The notes: generated by a model not told the origin, from the letters alone. Counted from the first letter of the stretch, positions 35,899 through 46,859 are shown. The stretch is DNA of 64,000 bases from an uncultured Gemmatimonadales bacterium (GCA_963842945.1 CAWJIM010000019.1:32001-96000), one strand, 5' to 3'. A program made the numbers and translations.

Positions 35899-37269
35899 TC
35901 ACATGGTTGGGGCGACTGGGGTGACGCTCCTCCAGGCGCTGCCCAGCGCCGCGATGCCTGCCCGATCCATCCAGGTCCCAAAGTCCGCCTGGGCCCGCTC
36001 CACCAGCAGCTCCCTCTTCCGGTCCTTCTTCAGTTTTCCCGGCAGCGGATCCAATAAGCCGAAGTTCGCGTTCATCGGCTGGAAGTGTTTTGGATCGGCT
36101 TCCGCCAGATAACGGTACAGCCCTCCCAGCATCGTGGTGGCTGGTGGGACCGCGATCGGCTCGCCGGAAAGCCGGCGGGCCAGGTTGATGCCGGCCAGCA
36201 GTCCCGTCCCCAGCGACTCGGTGTATCCCTCTACGCCGGTGATCTGGCCGGCAAAGAAGAGCAGCTCCTCATCTCTTGCAGTCAGACCCTGGCCCAGCGC
36301 CGCCGGACTGTTCAGGTACGAGTTCCGGTGAATGCTGCCATAGCGGAGGAACTCGGCCGACTCGAGCCCCGGAATCATCCGGAACACCCGCTGCTGCTCC
36401 GGTATACGGAGCCGGGTCTGAAATCCCACCAGGTTCCACATCTGCCCTGCCGCATCTTCTCGCCTCAGCTGCACCACCGCGTGAGGGTCTTTGCCGGTGC
36501 GAGGATCCGGCAGACCCACCGGTTTCATCGGGCCGAACCGGAGCGTGTCTCTTCCCCGGCGGGCCATTTCCTCGACCGGCAGGCAGCCCTCGAAATACGG
36601 CACCTGGTCGAATTCGTGCCCCGCGAACTGATCGCCTTCCAGCAACGCATCGATGAACCGCTGGTACGACTCGGCGTCGAGTGGGGCATTCAGGTAATCG
36701 TTCCCCTGGCCCTTTCCATAGCGAGACAGCGCGTACAAGCGCCCGTGATCGAGCGAGTCGCCCGACACGATTGGCGCAATGGCATCATAGAACGCGAGCG
36801 CGGCAGCACCTAATCGTCTTACCATAGCCTGGCTCAGCCGTTCCGAAGTAAGCGGACCGGTAGCAATCACTGCCGGGCTGGGCAGCTCCGTGATCTCCCG
36901 TCGGACCAGCGTGATGTTGGGATGATCGGTCAGGCGGCGGTGCACCTCCTCGGAAAACCGCTGGCGATCCACCACCAGGGCGGTTCCCCCGGGCACCCGC
37001 ACATCATCGGCGACGGGAAGCAAGACACTGCCCAGCGCCCGTAGCTCAGCCTTGAGCAGGCCGTGCGCGTTGGTGAGGTCAACCGATTTGAAGGAATTAC
37101 TGCAGACGATTTCGGCCAGGCGATCGGTCTGATGGGCGGCGGTCCGGGTGCCCGGACGCATTTCGCAGAGGGTTACCTGGATCCCTCGTTCAGCCAGCGC
37201 CCAGGCCGCCTCCGAGCCGGCGAGGCCTCCGCCGACCACGGTGACGTTTGCCTGGGGAGCGATGGTCAC
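35899..37269 (-). CDS. trmFO: tRNA (uracil-5-)-methyltransferase TrmFO
   Basis: VVGGGLAGSEAAW, EIVCSNSF, FYDAIAPIV, YFEGCLPVE, FGPMKPVGL, AGQITGVEGY, FQPMNANFG; GTG start overlapping the topA stop. Confidence 0.95.
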   Translation of the reverse strand: MTIAPQANVTVVGGGLAGSEAAWALAERGIQVTLCEMRPGTRTAAHQTDRLAEIVCSNSFKSVDLTNAHGLLKAELRALGSVLLPVADDVRVPGGTALVVDRQRFSEEVHRRLTDHPNITLVRREITELPSPAVIATGPLTSERLSQAMVRRLGAAALAFYDAIAPIVSGDSLDHGRLYALSRYGKGQGNDYLNAPLDAESYQRFIDALLEGDQFAGHEFDQVPYFEGCLPVEEMARRGRDTLRFGPMKPVGLPDPRTGKDPHAVVQLRREDAAGQMWNLVGFQTRLRIPEQQRVFRMIPGLESAEFLRYGSIHRNSYLNSPAALGQGLTARDEELLFFAGQITGVEGYTESLGTGLLAGINLARRLSGEPIAVPPATTMLGGLYRYLAEADPKHFQPMNANFGLLDPLPGKLKKDRKRELLVERAQADFGTWMDRAGIAALGSAWRSVTPVAPTM

Positions 37270-39707
37270 CCCAGAGCGACTTCTTCCGGCTCGGCTACCA
37301 CGAGCTGGTGGCCACACTTGAGGCATTTCCGGGTTTCGCCCTCGGCCTTGCTGATCTTCTTCTCCATGCCCAGCCAGCCGCAGGAGGGACAGGTCTCCGG
37401 AACCGGACGGTTCCAGGTGGAGAAGTCGCACTCCGGATAGCGCAGGCAGCCCCAGAACGACTTGCCCCGCTTGGTGCGCCGCTCGGTGAGATCGCCGGTG
37501 GGGCACTTGGGGCACTTGAGCCCCATGGGGATCGATCGGGTGCCCTTGCAGTTGGGGTACGTGGTGCAGGCGAGGAACTCGCCGAACCGCCCGGTCTTGA
37601 TGACCATGGGCGAGCTACAGAGATGACACTTCTCATCGCTGGGCCGGTCTGGGACCTTGACCTTCTTCAGCGACTTCACGTAGTCGCAGGTGTCCTTGTA
37701 CTTGAGGCACGCGAGGTAGGGGCCGAACCGGCCGGTCCGCAGCTCGATCTGGCTCCCGCACTTGGGGCAGCGCTCCTTGGCCAGCTCTTCCGGGTTGAGC
37801 CCATGGGCATCGGCTACCAGAGCCTTCATGTCGACGGCGTTGAGGGCTTTGGTGAACGGCCCGTAGAAGGCCTGGAGCACCCGCTGCCATCCCAGCTCGC
37901 CGTCTTCGATGCGGTCGAGCTCGTCCTCCATTTCGGAGGTGAACTCGACATTGAAGATTCCGGGGAACTTGCCGACCATGATCTTCTCCACCGTCTCGCC
38001 CAGCTCGGTGGGGAAGAAGCGCCTCTGGTCTACCTTCACGTACTCCCGGGCCGAGAGCGTTGAGATGATGGCGCTGTAGGTTGACGGCCGCCCGATGCCG
38101 AGCCGCTCCAGCTCCTTGACCAGGCTGGCCTCGGAGAACCGGGGTGGCGGCTCGGTGAAGTGCTGATTGGGCGTGATCTCGCGGACCTCGACCTGGTCTC
38201 CCACCGCCAGCGGCGGAATGGGCGGGAGATCGTCCATGGTCTTGCCTTCCTCTTTTTCCCGGCCCTCGGTGTAGATGACATGGTAGCCATCGAACAGGAG
38301 CACCGATCCCGTTGCCCGGAACAGGTACTCGCCCAGATCGAATTCCACTACCGTCATGTCATAGACGGCCGGCGTCATCTGCGATGCGACGAAGCGCTGC
38401 CAGATCAGCTGGTAGAGCCGGTACTGGTCCGGCTCGAGATACTGCTGAATCTGCTCCGGCCGCCGGCTGACATCGGTGGGCCGGATGGCTTCGTGGGCGC
38501 CCTGCACCCGGGCATTCTTCTTCGGGTTGTAGACGTTGGCGGCTTCGGGCAGATACGTCTTGGCGTAGTTCTTCTTGATGAAGCCTCTGACCGATGCAAT
38601 GGCCGTGTCGGATACCTGGGGTGAGTCGGTCCGCATGTAGGTAATGAGACCGACCGGTCCGTCCTCGCCGGCATCCATGCCTTCGTACAGGTCCTGCGCC
38701 GCCCGCATGGTACGGCGGGAGGAGAAGCCCAGCTTCTTGGCGGCCTCCTGCTGCAGCGTGCTGGTGGTGAACGGCGCCCCGGGATTCTTCTTGCGATTTC
38801 GCTTCTCGACTTTGGTGACGACGAACGGCCGGGGCCTCACCGCGTCTACCACCGCCCGGGCATCGGCCTCGGTGTGGAGCTGCGGCTTGTGGCCTCCGAC
38901 TTTGGCCAGCGCGGCCTCGAAGGTTTGGCCATCCTTGGCGCAGAGCGCCTCGATGGTCCAGTACTCCTGGGGCTTGAACGCGCGGATTTCCCGCTCCCGC
39001 TCGACGATCAGCCGAAGCGCGACGGTCTGCACCCGTCCGGCCGAGAGGCCGGTTTTGATGCTGTGCCAGAGAATGGGACTGGCCTTGTAGCCGACCAGAC
39101 GATCGAGAATGCGGCGGGCTTGCTGTGCATCCACCTTGCGATCGTCGATCTTGCCGGGATCCCGGAGCGCCTCCTGAATGGCTTCCTTGGTGATCTCGTG
39201 GAACAGGATGCGGTGCGTGCGGATCGAAGCGGGGAGTCCCTGCCGGATCTGTTCCGCCACGTGCCAGGCAATAGCCTCACCTTCCCGGTCCGGGTCGGTG
39301 GCCAGGTAAATGGCAGACGCGGCCTTGGCCGCCTTCTTCAGCTCGGCCAGCGTCTTGGTCTTGCCTTTGATGGTGACGTACTTGGGCTCGAAGCCATTCT
39401 CCACGTCCACGCCGAGCTCCCGGGTTGGGAGATCTCGGAGATGGCCGACGGTGGCCTTTACGTCGTAACCCGAGCCGAGGTACTTGCCGATGGTCTTGGC
39501 CTTGGTGGGCGACTCGACGATAACGAGCGCAGGACGGCCGTCCCCCCGGGTACGTGCGCCATTGTTCTTGGCGCGACTCACCTTCGGGGTGCGCGCGGGC
39601 GTGGCCGGGGCAGATGCCTTGGCCGAGCCGGCATTCTGCTCAGGGGCTCTTCTTCCCGTGCGTCCGGACCTTCCGGTCTTTCCCGTCCTTCTCGTTCTCG
39701 TCGCCAT
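37266..39707 (-). CDS. topA: DNA topoisomerase I with C-terminal zinc ribbons and a basic N-terminal extension
   Basis: LVIVESPTKAKTI, ATDPDREGEAI, SAGRVQ, LITYMRTDS, GIGRPSTY; C4 zinc ribbons. Confidence 0.95.
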   Translation of the reverse strand: MATRTRRTGKTGRSGRTGRRAPEQNAGSAKASAPATPARTPKVSRAKNNGARTRGDGRPALVIVESPTKAKTIGKYLGSGYDVKATVGHLRDLPTRELGVDVENGFEPKYVTIKGKTKTLAELKKAAKAASAIYLATDPDREGEAIAWHVAEQIRQGLPASIRTHRILFHEITKEAIQEALRDPGKIDDRKVDAQQARRILDRLVGYKASPILWHSIKTGLSAGRVQTVALRLIVEREREIRAFKPQEYWTIEALCAKDGQTFEAALAKVGGHKPQLHTEADARAVVDAVRPRPFVVTKVEKRNRKKNPGAPFTTSTLQQEAAKKLGFSSRRTMRAAQDLYEGMDAGEDGPVGLITYMRTDSPQVSDTAIASVRGFIKKNYAKTYLPEAANVYNPKKNARVQGAHEAIRPTDVSRRPEQIQQYLEPDQYRLYQLIWQRFVASQMTPAVYDMTVVEFDLGEYLFRATGSVLLFDGYHVIYTEGREKEEGKTMDDLPPIPPLAVGDQVEVREITPNQHFTEPPPRFSEASLVKELERLGIGRPSTYSAIISTLSAREYVKVDQRRFFPTELGETVEKIMVGKFPGIFNVEFTSEMEDELDRIEDGELGWQRVLQAFYGPFTKALNAVDMKALVADAHGLNPEELAKERCPKCGSQIELRTGRFGPYLACLKYKDTCDYVKSLKKVKVPDRPSDEKCHLCSSPMVIKTGRFGEFLACTTYPNCKGTRSIPMGLKCPKCPTGDLTERRTKRGKSFWGCLRYPECDFSTWNRPVPETCPSCGWLGMEKKISKAEGETRKCLKCGHQLVVAEPEEVALG

Positions 39708-39799
39708 AGACTCCAGTGTAAGTGACCGACTCATTCAACCATCAAGCCGGCAGGTAGCAAGAAACCCGCACCTCCGGGCCAAATGCAAGAACCACGACC

Positions 39800-40336
39800 T
39801 CAGGGCCCCGATCGGGCGAACCAGCCTCCGTGCTGTCTTGCCAGGGCCATGACCTCGGCCGCGACCGCCTCAGGTGAGGTGTTCTCGGTGTTTACCTGAT
39901 GGTGCGCCTGCCGGTAAGCCGGGTCCCGTTCCTCGAACAACGCCCGCATCCGCTGGTTCGGGTCCACCCCCGCCAGCAAAGGACGGGCCTCGCCCTGCTG
40001 ACAGCGTTTCGAGGCGGTAGCCGGTTGGCAGCGTAAGTAAATCACCAGGCCGGTCTGCTTGGCCCCATCCAGCTGTCCCGGCTGTGCCGCCCATCCCCCG
40101 CCGGGCACGATCACGCACGGATCCCTGGCCTGAGCGGCCTTGACCGCGTCGCGCTCCATCTCCCGAAACCGAGGCTCTCCCACCATGCCGATGATTTGAC
40201 TCACTGGCATTCCCATCTCCCGCTCCAGGAGCCGGTCGATGTCAATGACGTCGGTGTTCAATGCCTCCGCCACCAGCTTGCCGACGGTGCTTTTGCCTGC
40301 TCCCGGCAATCCGACCAGCACGATGTGGCGGGGCAT
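39800..40336 (-). CDS. aroK: Shikimate kinase
   Basis: GLPGAGKSTVG P-loop, DID, GEPRFREME, GGG, RPLL. Confidence 0.9.
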   Translation of the reverse strand: MPRHIVLVGLPGAGKSTVGKLVAEALNTDVIDIDRLLEREMGMPVSQIIGMVGEPRFREMERDAVKAAQARDPCVIVPGGGWAAQPGQLDGAKQTGLVIYLRCQPATASKRCQQGEARPLLAGVDPNQRMRALFEERDPAYRQAHHQVNTENTSPEAVAAEVMALARQHGGWFARSGP

Positions 40337-41596
40337 CAGCCCTCCTTCGCCTGACTCCGCTCGAACCAGCGGGAACCCAGAGCGGCCACGTAGCCGTCGT
40401 AGTTCCGGCGCATCTCAGCCAGGGAGTCACCCCCGAACTTCTCCAGCATGGCATCGGCCAGCACCAGCGCCATCACGGCTTCGGCGATCACTCCCATCGC
40501 CGGAACCGCCGTGACATCGGACCGCTCGCTGACCGCTTTGGCCGGCTGCCCTGACTCGAGATCGACTGTGGCGAGGGGGGACATCAGGGTGGAGATCGGC
40601 TTCATTGCTACCTTAACAACAACCGGTTCCCCATTTGTGATCCCGCCCTCCAGCCCTCCGGCGTTGTTGGTCGGCCTTCGGAACCCCCCACGCGGATCCG
40701 TCCCCTCCCGGCCTCCGCCCTTCCCCGCTTTCTGCCCCGCCGCCCCGCTGCCCCGCCGCCCCGCTTCGATAGGATCGTGGACCTCGGAGCCGGGCCTACG
40801 CGCTGCCTCGAAGCCCATCCCGATCTCCACCCCTTTGACCGCAGGGATCGACATCATGATCCCGGCGAGCCGTCCGTCGAGCTTCCGGTCCCAGGCGACG
40901 TGACTGCCCAGTCCGACGACGACGCCTCGGGCGATGACTTCGACCTCGCCCCCCAAGGTGTCGCCCGCTTTCTTGGCCGCGTCGATCCGGCCGATGATCT
41001 CGGCTTCGACCGCGGAGTCGAGCACCCGTATCTCGGACCGGTCTGCCGCCTGGTTGAGAGGCACCGGCAGCTCCCCCCGGGGGACCTCGATCCCGCCCAG
41101 GGAAACAACGTGACTCCCGATTTCGATCCCGAACTCATCGAGCAGTCGCTTGGCCAAGGCCCCGGCCGCCACCCGGGCCGTCGTCTCCCGGGCGCTAGCC
41201 CGCTCCAGGATATCTCGCGCATCCAGGCGATCGTACTTGAGCACTCCGGCCAGATCGGCGTGGCCGGGGCGGGGACGGGTCACCCGGCGGCGGCGCAGCT
41301 CCCCGATCATGATCCGCGGGCTCGTGCGCCATCACGTCTTCCCAATTGGTCCAGTCGCGATTGGGGATCAGCATGGCGACCGGGGAGCCCAATGTCTCGC
41401 CGGCGCGGAGTCCGGCCAGCCACTCGATCTGGTCGCGCTCGATCTTCATTCGGGCGCCCCGGCCGTAGCCCTGCATTCTCCGCGCAAGCTCCCGGTCGAC
41501 CCACTCCGCTGACACCGGGAGTCCCGCGGGCAGACCCTCGACGATGGTGACGAGCGCCTTGCCATGCGATTCGCCTGCGGTGGTGAATCGAAGCAT
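40336..41596 (-). CDS. aroC: Chorismate synthase (frameshift ~41310)
   Basis: [61 protein letters not shown]. Confidence 0.95.
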
Positions 41597-41642
41597 TGCA
41601 CCAGCTTCCGGGTTGGGGTCTGAGATCTCCCTATGATAACGA

Positions 41643-41668
41643 ACGAGCCCGGCAGGCGCCGGGCTCGT
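41643..41668 (-). terminator. Hairpin after pilQ
   Basis: Perfect 11-bp stem ACGAGCCCGGC-AGGC-GCCGGGCTCGT followed on the minus strand by a weak T-rich tail. Confidence 0.55.
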
Positions 41669-41699
41669 CGCAGATTGACCTCAGGCTCCTGGGCTGGCC

Positions 41700-43466
41700 T
41701 CACTCAGGAGCGATGTTGTCGTCGATAATCCGCGGCGTGACCAGGATGATCAGGTCTCGCCGGTTTTCATTATTAGAGCTGAAGCTGAACAGCTTCCCGA
41801 TGATCGGCAACCCGGAGAGTAAGGGTATGCCGGAGCGGGTGTTGGTCACCTGGGTCACGGTCAGGCCGCCGATCACCGCGGTTTCGCCGTCGTTCACCAG
41901 GAGCTGGTTCTCGGCCCGCTGGGTCTGGAAGATGAAGCCCAGGTCAGTTGCAGCGAGCGGTTGGATCGACGACCGCTCGGTGTGCAGCTCCATGGCGATC
42001 TGGCGGTTGCTGGTGACGTGCGGCGTCACCGTCAGCCGGATACCAGTCTCCTTGAAGATGACGCTGGCCTTGGCATCGCCGCTGGAGCTGGCGTCGATCA
42101 CGCGGACCGGCGTTTCCTCACCGACCAGGATGTCGGCCTTCCGATTATCCAGCGTAGTGATGACCGGTTCGGCCTGGATGTCGGACAGGTCGGCCCGCTC
42201 GACCGCACTCAGGAACGAGGTGAGCGAGAATCCGCCCAGCGCAGTGGAGAAGACCAGATCAATGGCGGAGCCCTTGATGATACCTTCCGCGTTGCCGATT
42301 CCGGACAGCGCGTTGCCGCCCAGGTCGACCACGTTGATCTCGGGCTTGTAGAGCTCACCGGTGGTCGGATCGCAGCAGCGCTGGACCACCTTATTGAAGA
42401 ACTGGTTCTGGTTACCCAGGTCGTACTTGATGCCCAGCTCCTCGATGTCGGTCCGATCTACGAAGACCAGCTTGGCCTTGATCGAGACCTGCGGAGTACG
42501 CACGTCCAGTCCCCGCACGAAGTCGGTGAGCTGGCCGATCCGGCTCCGGGTATCGGTGAGGATGAGCGAGTTGGAGTTGTCGTCGGCTACAACCTTGCCC
42601 CGGCCCTTGGTCAGGCTGCCCTCGATGCTCTTGGTCAGCTCCTTGGCCTTGGCGTAGTTGACCCGGACCACGCTGGTCTCCAGCGGCTCGAGCGAGTCGA
42701 GCGACGCCAGCGCGGAGGGGTTGTCTACCCGAATGATGCCGCCCGCCATTTCCTGGGCGGAGAGTCCCTGCGCGGCCAGAACTGCCTGGAACGCCTGGGG
42801 CCAGGGCTGGTTCCGGATTTCGGCGGAGACCTCACCCTTGATGTCCTTGCCCAGGATGATCGTGCGCCCGCTGAAGGCGGCGAACCCGGCCACCACGTCG
42901 GCGATGCTGGCGCGGTCCCAGACCACGGTGATCCGCGGCTCTTCCGCCGCTGTGGTGCGGACCAGCCGGCTGGCCGGCAGCTGCACCTCCGGCTGCAGGC
43001 GGGTGGTGGTCTTGGCGGTGACGGCCTTCCGCTGTTGAGGCGCGGTGGACGACCAGGCCAGGAACGACTCGTCGGTGCCAAACGAGACCCGGATGGCATC
43101 GGCCAGACGCTCGACGTGGTAGTCCATGGTCCGATCGAGATCCATCACGATCCGAACCACATCAGGCGCAAACTGCGAGTAGCGGAGATTCAGCACCCCG
43201 CCCCGCTTCACTCCATCATAGGTGCCGGTGGAATTCCCCTTGAGCTTGGCGCCGACCACGTCGAGCACCAGCCGGTTGGGGTTCTCCAGCATGAAGTCGC
43301 GGACCTCGACCGCTCCGCGAACATTGACGATGACGTCGGCGCGTCCGGGTGAGGGCTGGACACTGACGCCCGTGACCTCTCCGCTCGCGGGGCCATCCGC
43401 GCGCGCCGCGGAGGTCACTCCGAAGATCGCGGCGGTGGCGACCATCAGGCGATAGACTCGGGTCAT
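41700..43466 (-). CDS. pilQ: Type IV pilus secretin with AMIN domain
   Basis: AMIN (ENPNRLVLD, VVRIVMDL), N domains, secretin QVSIKAKLV...ETGIRLTVTP...GETAVIGGL...IPLLSGLPIIGKLF...LIILVTPRII. Confidence 0.92.
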   Translation of the reverse strand: MTRVYRLMVATAAIFGVTSAARADGPASGEVTGVSVQPSPGRADVIVNVRGAVEVRDFMLENPNRLVLDVVGAKLKGNSTGTYDGVKRGGVLNLRYSQFAPDVVRIVMDLDRTMDYHVERLADAIRVSFGTDESFLAWSSTAPQQRKAVTAKTTTRLQPEVQLPASRLVRTTAAEEPRITVVWDRASIADVVAGFAAFSGRTIILGKDIKGEVSAEIRNQPWPQAFQAVLAAQGLSAQEMAGGIIRVDNPSALASLDSLEPLETSVVRVNYAKAKELTKSIEGSLTKGRGKVVADDNSNSLILTDTRSRIGQLTDFVRGLDVRTPQVSIKAKLVFVDRTDIEELGIKYDLGNQNQFFNKVVQRCCDPTTGELYKPEINVVDLGGNALSGIGNAEGIIKGSAIDLVFSTALGGFSLTSFLSAVERADLSDIQAEPVITTLDNRKADILVGEETPVRVIDASSSGDAKASVIFKETGIRLTVTPHVTSNRQIAMELHTERSSIQPLAATDLGFIFQTQRAENQLLVNDGETAVIGGLTVTQVTNTRSGIPLLSGLPIIGKLFSFSSNNENRRDLIILVTPRIIDDNIAPE

Positions 43467-44382
43467 GGGGCTACGTCCTCCTGCTTCCGGAGAGAAAGGG
43501 TTTCCTGACGTTCAAAGCCGAAGTCCTCAATAGTGAATACCACGTCCCGTTCACGGATCTGCACCAGGCGCGAGCGGCCGACCTGGTCACCGGCACGGAG
43601 CTTGTGACGCTTGCCTCCGTCCTTCTCCCGGAACACCGCGATGCTCCCGCTGTGCGCCCGCAGATTCTGGTAGATGCCCACCAGCTGCAGGTCGGCCAGT
43701 TCCGGGCCGTTCTTGGCCATGTTGAGGAGTGAGTTGAACGGGTCCCGGGCCGCGCCGGAGTAGGCGAAGGTCTCCCGGGACAACTCCAGGTCCCTTGCTT
43801 TCTGAGCCGAATCCTGGGCGCCAGCATTGGCCGTGACAGAGTCGAGTAGTACCGGCATTGCGGCGGAAGGCTGCGGCGCGGCAGCCGGAGCCGGTTGCAC
43901 GGGCTCAGGCGCAGGCGCCGCCGGAGCGGCCGGAGCGCGGAGCCGCTGCGTGCACGGCAGAAGAAGCGTCGGCCTTGGGCTGCTGCTTGGCGCTGTCGCT
44001 CGAGGCGGCCGAGCGCCTGATTGGCGGCCAGCGTGCCCTGAGGCGCACCTTCCATCTGTTCGCAGGTCTGCTGGGCCTGAGTGGCGATCAGCTCCGGAGA
44101 CGGAGCCGGCGCCTTCTTCCGTTTGGCACTCCTGGTCTTCTTGAGCACCGGCTTGGACAGGTCGGCGCGTACCGAGTCGACGCAGGCCGCGTGGCGGACC
44201 ACCGCAATCGAGTCGGCAATGCGGCGTGCCTTCCTCAGGCTGTCGGTCCGGGCGCGGAGAGCTACCAGCCTGGCCTGGGCCGCTTTCTCTTCCTTATCTC
44301 CGTTGAGCGCTCCCTTGATGGTGGAGCAGCCCCCCAGCGCCAGGGCGGTGAGGAGAGCGAGCGCGAAGGCATTACGAGCCAC
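43463..44382 (-). CDS. PilP-position lipoprotein (frameshift(s) ~43930-43990)
   Basis: Between pilO and pilQ; lipobox ALALGGC; C-terminal RDPF...LQLVGI...AGDQVG..RLVQIRERDVVF resembles the PilP/GspC-HR fold. Confidence 0.65.
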
Positions 44383-45001
44383 TGGCCTCTCCTTCCGAGC
44401 TGGGGGATTTCACGTAGGTGCGAACCTGGAACTTGGCTTCCAACAGCGCGTTGGTGCTGTCGCCCAGGACTTTGGCCGTACTGCCGGTGGCGGCGGCCAC
44501 GATGACATCATAGGGAACGATGATCCGCTGCAGACTGGCCACATCGGCCAGGAACTGACCGATCTGATCGTAGCGGCCGATCACCGACATGTTGTACTTG
44601 TAGGTGTTGAAAGGAGCGGGCCCCGGCTCAACCGGCTGAGGCACCACCTGCGACAGCGTGACTCCGCGGATCTTCCCGCGAGTCGAGATGTCGTCGAGCA
44701 GGTTGGGGACCTCGTTCCGCTCCGGGACCAGCCGGCGGAGCATCACCAGGCTGGCGCGGTAGGTTTCCAGACGCTTTCGCACGTCGGCCACCGTACCCCG
44801 GGCCAGCTCCTTCTTGGCGCTGTCCGTGGCCGCCTCGAACTTGGTGATGGTGTCCCGCATGGCCACGATCCGTTCGCGGGTGCCGGCAAGGCCGTGGATT
44901 CCGACCGCCTGGACGACCGCACCGGTATAGCCGATGTACCCCACCAGCAGCGCGAGCAGCAGGGCGAGGAGCGGGGTTCCCTTCTGTCCGGAGAGCTCCA
45001 T
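44372..45001 (-). CDS. pilO: Type IV pilus assembly protein PilO
   Basis: N-terminal TM, coiled coil, LVPERNEVPNLLDDI, GRYDQIGQFLADVASLQRII; operon position. Confidence 0.88.
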   Translation of the reverse strand: MELSGQKGTPLLALLLALLVGYIGYTGAVVQAVGIHGLAGTRERIVAMRDTITKFEAATDSAKKELARGTVADVRKRLETYRASLVMLRRLVPERNEVPNLLDDISTRGKIRGVTLSQVVPQPVEPGPAPFNTYKYNMSVIGRYDQIGQFLADVASLQRIIVPYDVIVAAATGSTAKVLGDSTNALLEAKFQVRTYVKSPSSEGEASGS

Positions 45002-45003
45002 GG

Positions 45004-45727
45004 TTACCTCACCGACTGGCTGAAGGGAGCCGTGCGGATATAGGCAGAATCGGCTCGGTTATAAGTGGCCCGTATGGTGAACGCCGTCACCGGACGCTCT
45101 TTCTCCACTACCGTCATAGCCGAGACCGGCATGACGTCCATGATCCAGGGCGATGCTTCCAGCTGCCGCAGGAACCGGGTGTAGGCCTGGATGTCGATCG
45201 TCCGGCCGTTGATCTGGAAGGTGAGCGGCGGCGGCGGAGGAGGTCGGGGCGGTGTCCGGCGCAGCGCCGGCCGGCTTGTTCTGCGCGACCGCGGCGGCGG
45301 CCGGAGCGGAAACGCCCAGATCTATCAGCCAGGTATAGGCCGGCAGCGCCTTGGTGATCTCGTCGAGCAGGTGAGGCCAGATGTAGCGGTCGCCGTCGAC
45401 GCTCTTGATCACGGTGATCTGCGCCAGCAGCGAGTCGCGAATCTTCTCCTGCCGCCGCTTGTCGGCCAGGAACGCCTTGAACCGCCGGTTCTCGGACCGG
45501 GCCTGCTCCAGACGGGGCTCCAGCACGTAGAGTTGGCGGAGATTATTGAGGTAAAGCAGCCCGAGCACCGCGATCACCAGGACCCAGGCGCCCACCGCAC
45601 CCATCAGGAGCGGGTCCTTGATCTTGGCGCTGAGCTCCTTGAAGACGCTCAGGTTGTCCAGCAGCCCCTTCAAGGGATTGCCGGCGCGCTTCCGCCGCTG
45701 GCCCGGTTTGAGATTGACAGTAATCAT
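45004..45727 (-). CDS. pilN: Type IV pilus assembly protein PilN (frameshift ~45235)
   Basis: MITVNLKP (variant of INLLP), TM, coiled coil, WPHLLDEITKALP..TWL, then FQINGRT...FLRQLEASPWI. Confidence 0.85.
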
Positions 45728-45752
45728 GAGTCGACGGATCCCTGGGTCGGGG

Positions 45753-46796
45753 TCAGGCTGCGCTACGCAGCGCGAGTCCGATCGGCAGCATCAGCAGCGG
45801 GGCCACTTCGTCCACCTGCATGGCGTCGAAGACGCCTTCCGCCACCTGCAACTTCTCGATCGGGTTGGCGAGCTGCACCGGGATCTTGAGCCGGTCACCC
45901 AGCGCACGGCTGAGCCGCGGGATCCGGGCGCCGCCGCCGGTGATGAAGATCCGGCCAATTCCGCCGGCGGACCGGCTGGCGGTCTGCAGAAACGCGCCGG
46001 CCCGCTCGATGCCCACTGCCAGCTCTTCGGTACGGGTCTGGAGAAACCCTTCCGGGATCTCGCCCGACCCGCCGCCCTGGAGCAGCTTTTCCGCCTCTTC
46101 GGCCGACTGACCCCGTTCCCGCTGCAGGTCCTCACGGAAGCGGCGGGTGCCGACCGGGATGTCGCGGGTCAGCACCGGGACACCGTCGTCCAGGATGTAG
46201 ATGTTGGTGTTCTCGTGCCCGACGTTCACCAGGGCGACCACCCCGTTCATGGCCTCGGGGTAGTTGATCTCGAACGCGTTGTGCAAGGCGAATGCGTCGA
46301 CGTCGATGATGCTGGGTTGGAGACCCACATCGGCCAGCAGGGCAAGCTTGTGCTCCACCAGCTCCCGCTTGGCCGCGACCAGAAGCACGGTCATCTGGAG
46401 TCCCTCACCGTAGGGATCCAGGATCTGGAAGTCGAGCTCGACGTTATCCATGTCGAACGGAACGTGCTGCTCGGCTTCCCAGCGAATGACCTCGCGCGCG
46501 TCGGCCTCTTGCATCCGGTCCATGGTGATCTTCTTCACGATCACATCACGGCCACCGACCGCGACAACCACCTGCTTCGTCTTCACGCCGGCCGTGGCCA
46601 TGCACTCCTTGATCGCTTCGGCCACGATTCCGGGGTCCATGATTTCGCCTTCGACGATGGCGTCGTTGCCGATCGAGGTGAACGCGACCTTGGTCAGAAC
46701 CGGACCGCCGGACGCGTGGGAAACCGCGACGAGCTTGATGAGGCCGCTGCCGATATCCAGGCCGACCGTCGTCGCCTTGCGTCCGAAGAGTCCCAT
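45753..46796 (-). CDS. pilM: Type IV pilus assembly protein PilM
   Basis: VGLDIGSGLIK, EAEQHVPF, LLVAAK, IIDVDAFAL, VNVG, FITGGGA, IGLALR. Confidence 0.93.
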   Translation of the reverse strand: MGLFGRKATTVGLDIGSGLIKLVAVSHASGGPVLTKVAFTSIGNDAIVEGEIMDPGIVAEAIKECMATAGVKTKQVVVAVGGRDVIVKKITMDRMQEADAREVIRWEAEQHVPFDMDNVELDFQILDPYGEGLQMTVLLVAAKRELVEHKLALLADVGLQPSIIDVDAFALHNAFEINYPEAMNGVVALVNVGHENTNIYILDDGVPVLTRDIPVGTRRFREDLQRERGQSAEEAEKLLQGGGSGEIPEGFLQTRTEELAVGIERAGAFLQTASRSAGGIGRIFITGGGARIPRLSRALGDRLKIPVQLANPIEKLQVAEGVFDAMQVDEVAPLLMLPIGLALRSAA

Positions 46797-46844
46797 ACGT
46801 GTCCGCGGGTTAAGGAGGCGTCAGGAAATCTTGGCGGTCAGAGG

Positions 46845-46859
46845 GCAACCGATGTGCCA
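46845..46859 (-). promoter_or_regulatory. Sigma-54 -24/-12 promoter of the pilMNOPQ operon
   Basis: Minus strand TGGCACATCGGTTGC = exact TGGCAC-N5-TTGC, ~50 bp upstream of pilM. Confidence 0.8.

Noticed and set aside
39800..43466. pilQ followed by shikimate-pathway genes as a novel association
   Set aside because: Linkage of pilMNOPQ to aro genes is well known in many bacteria.
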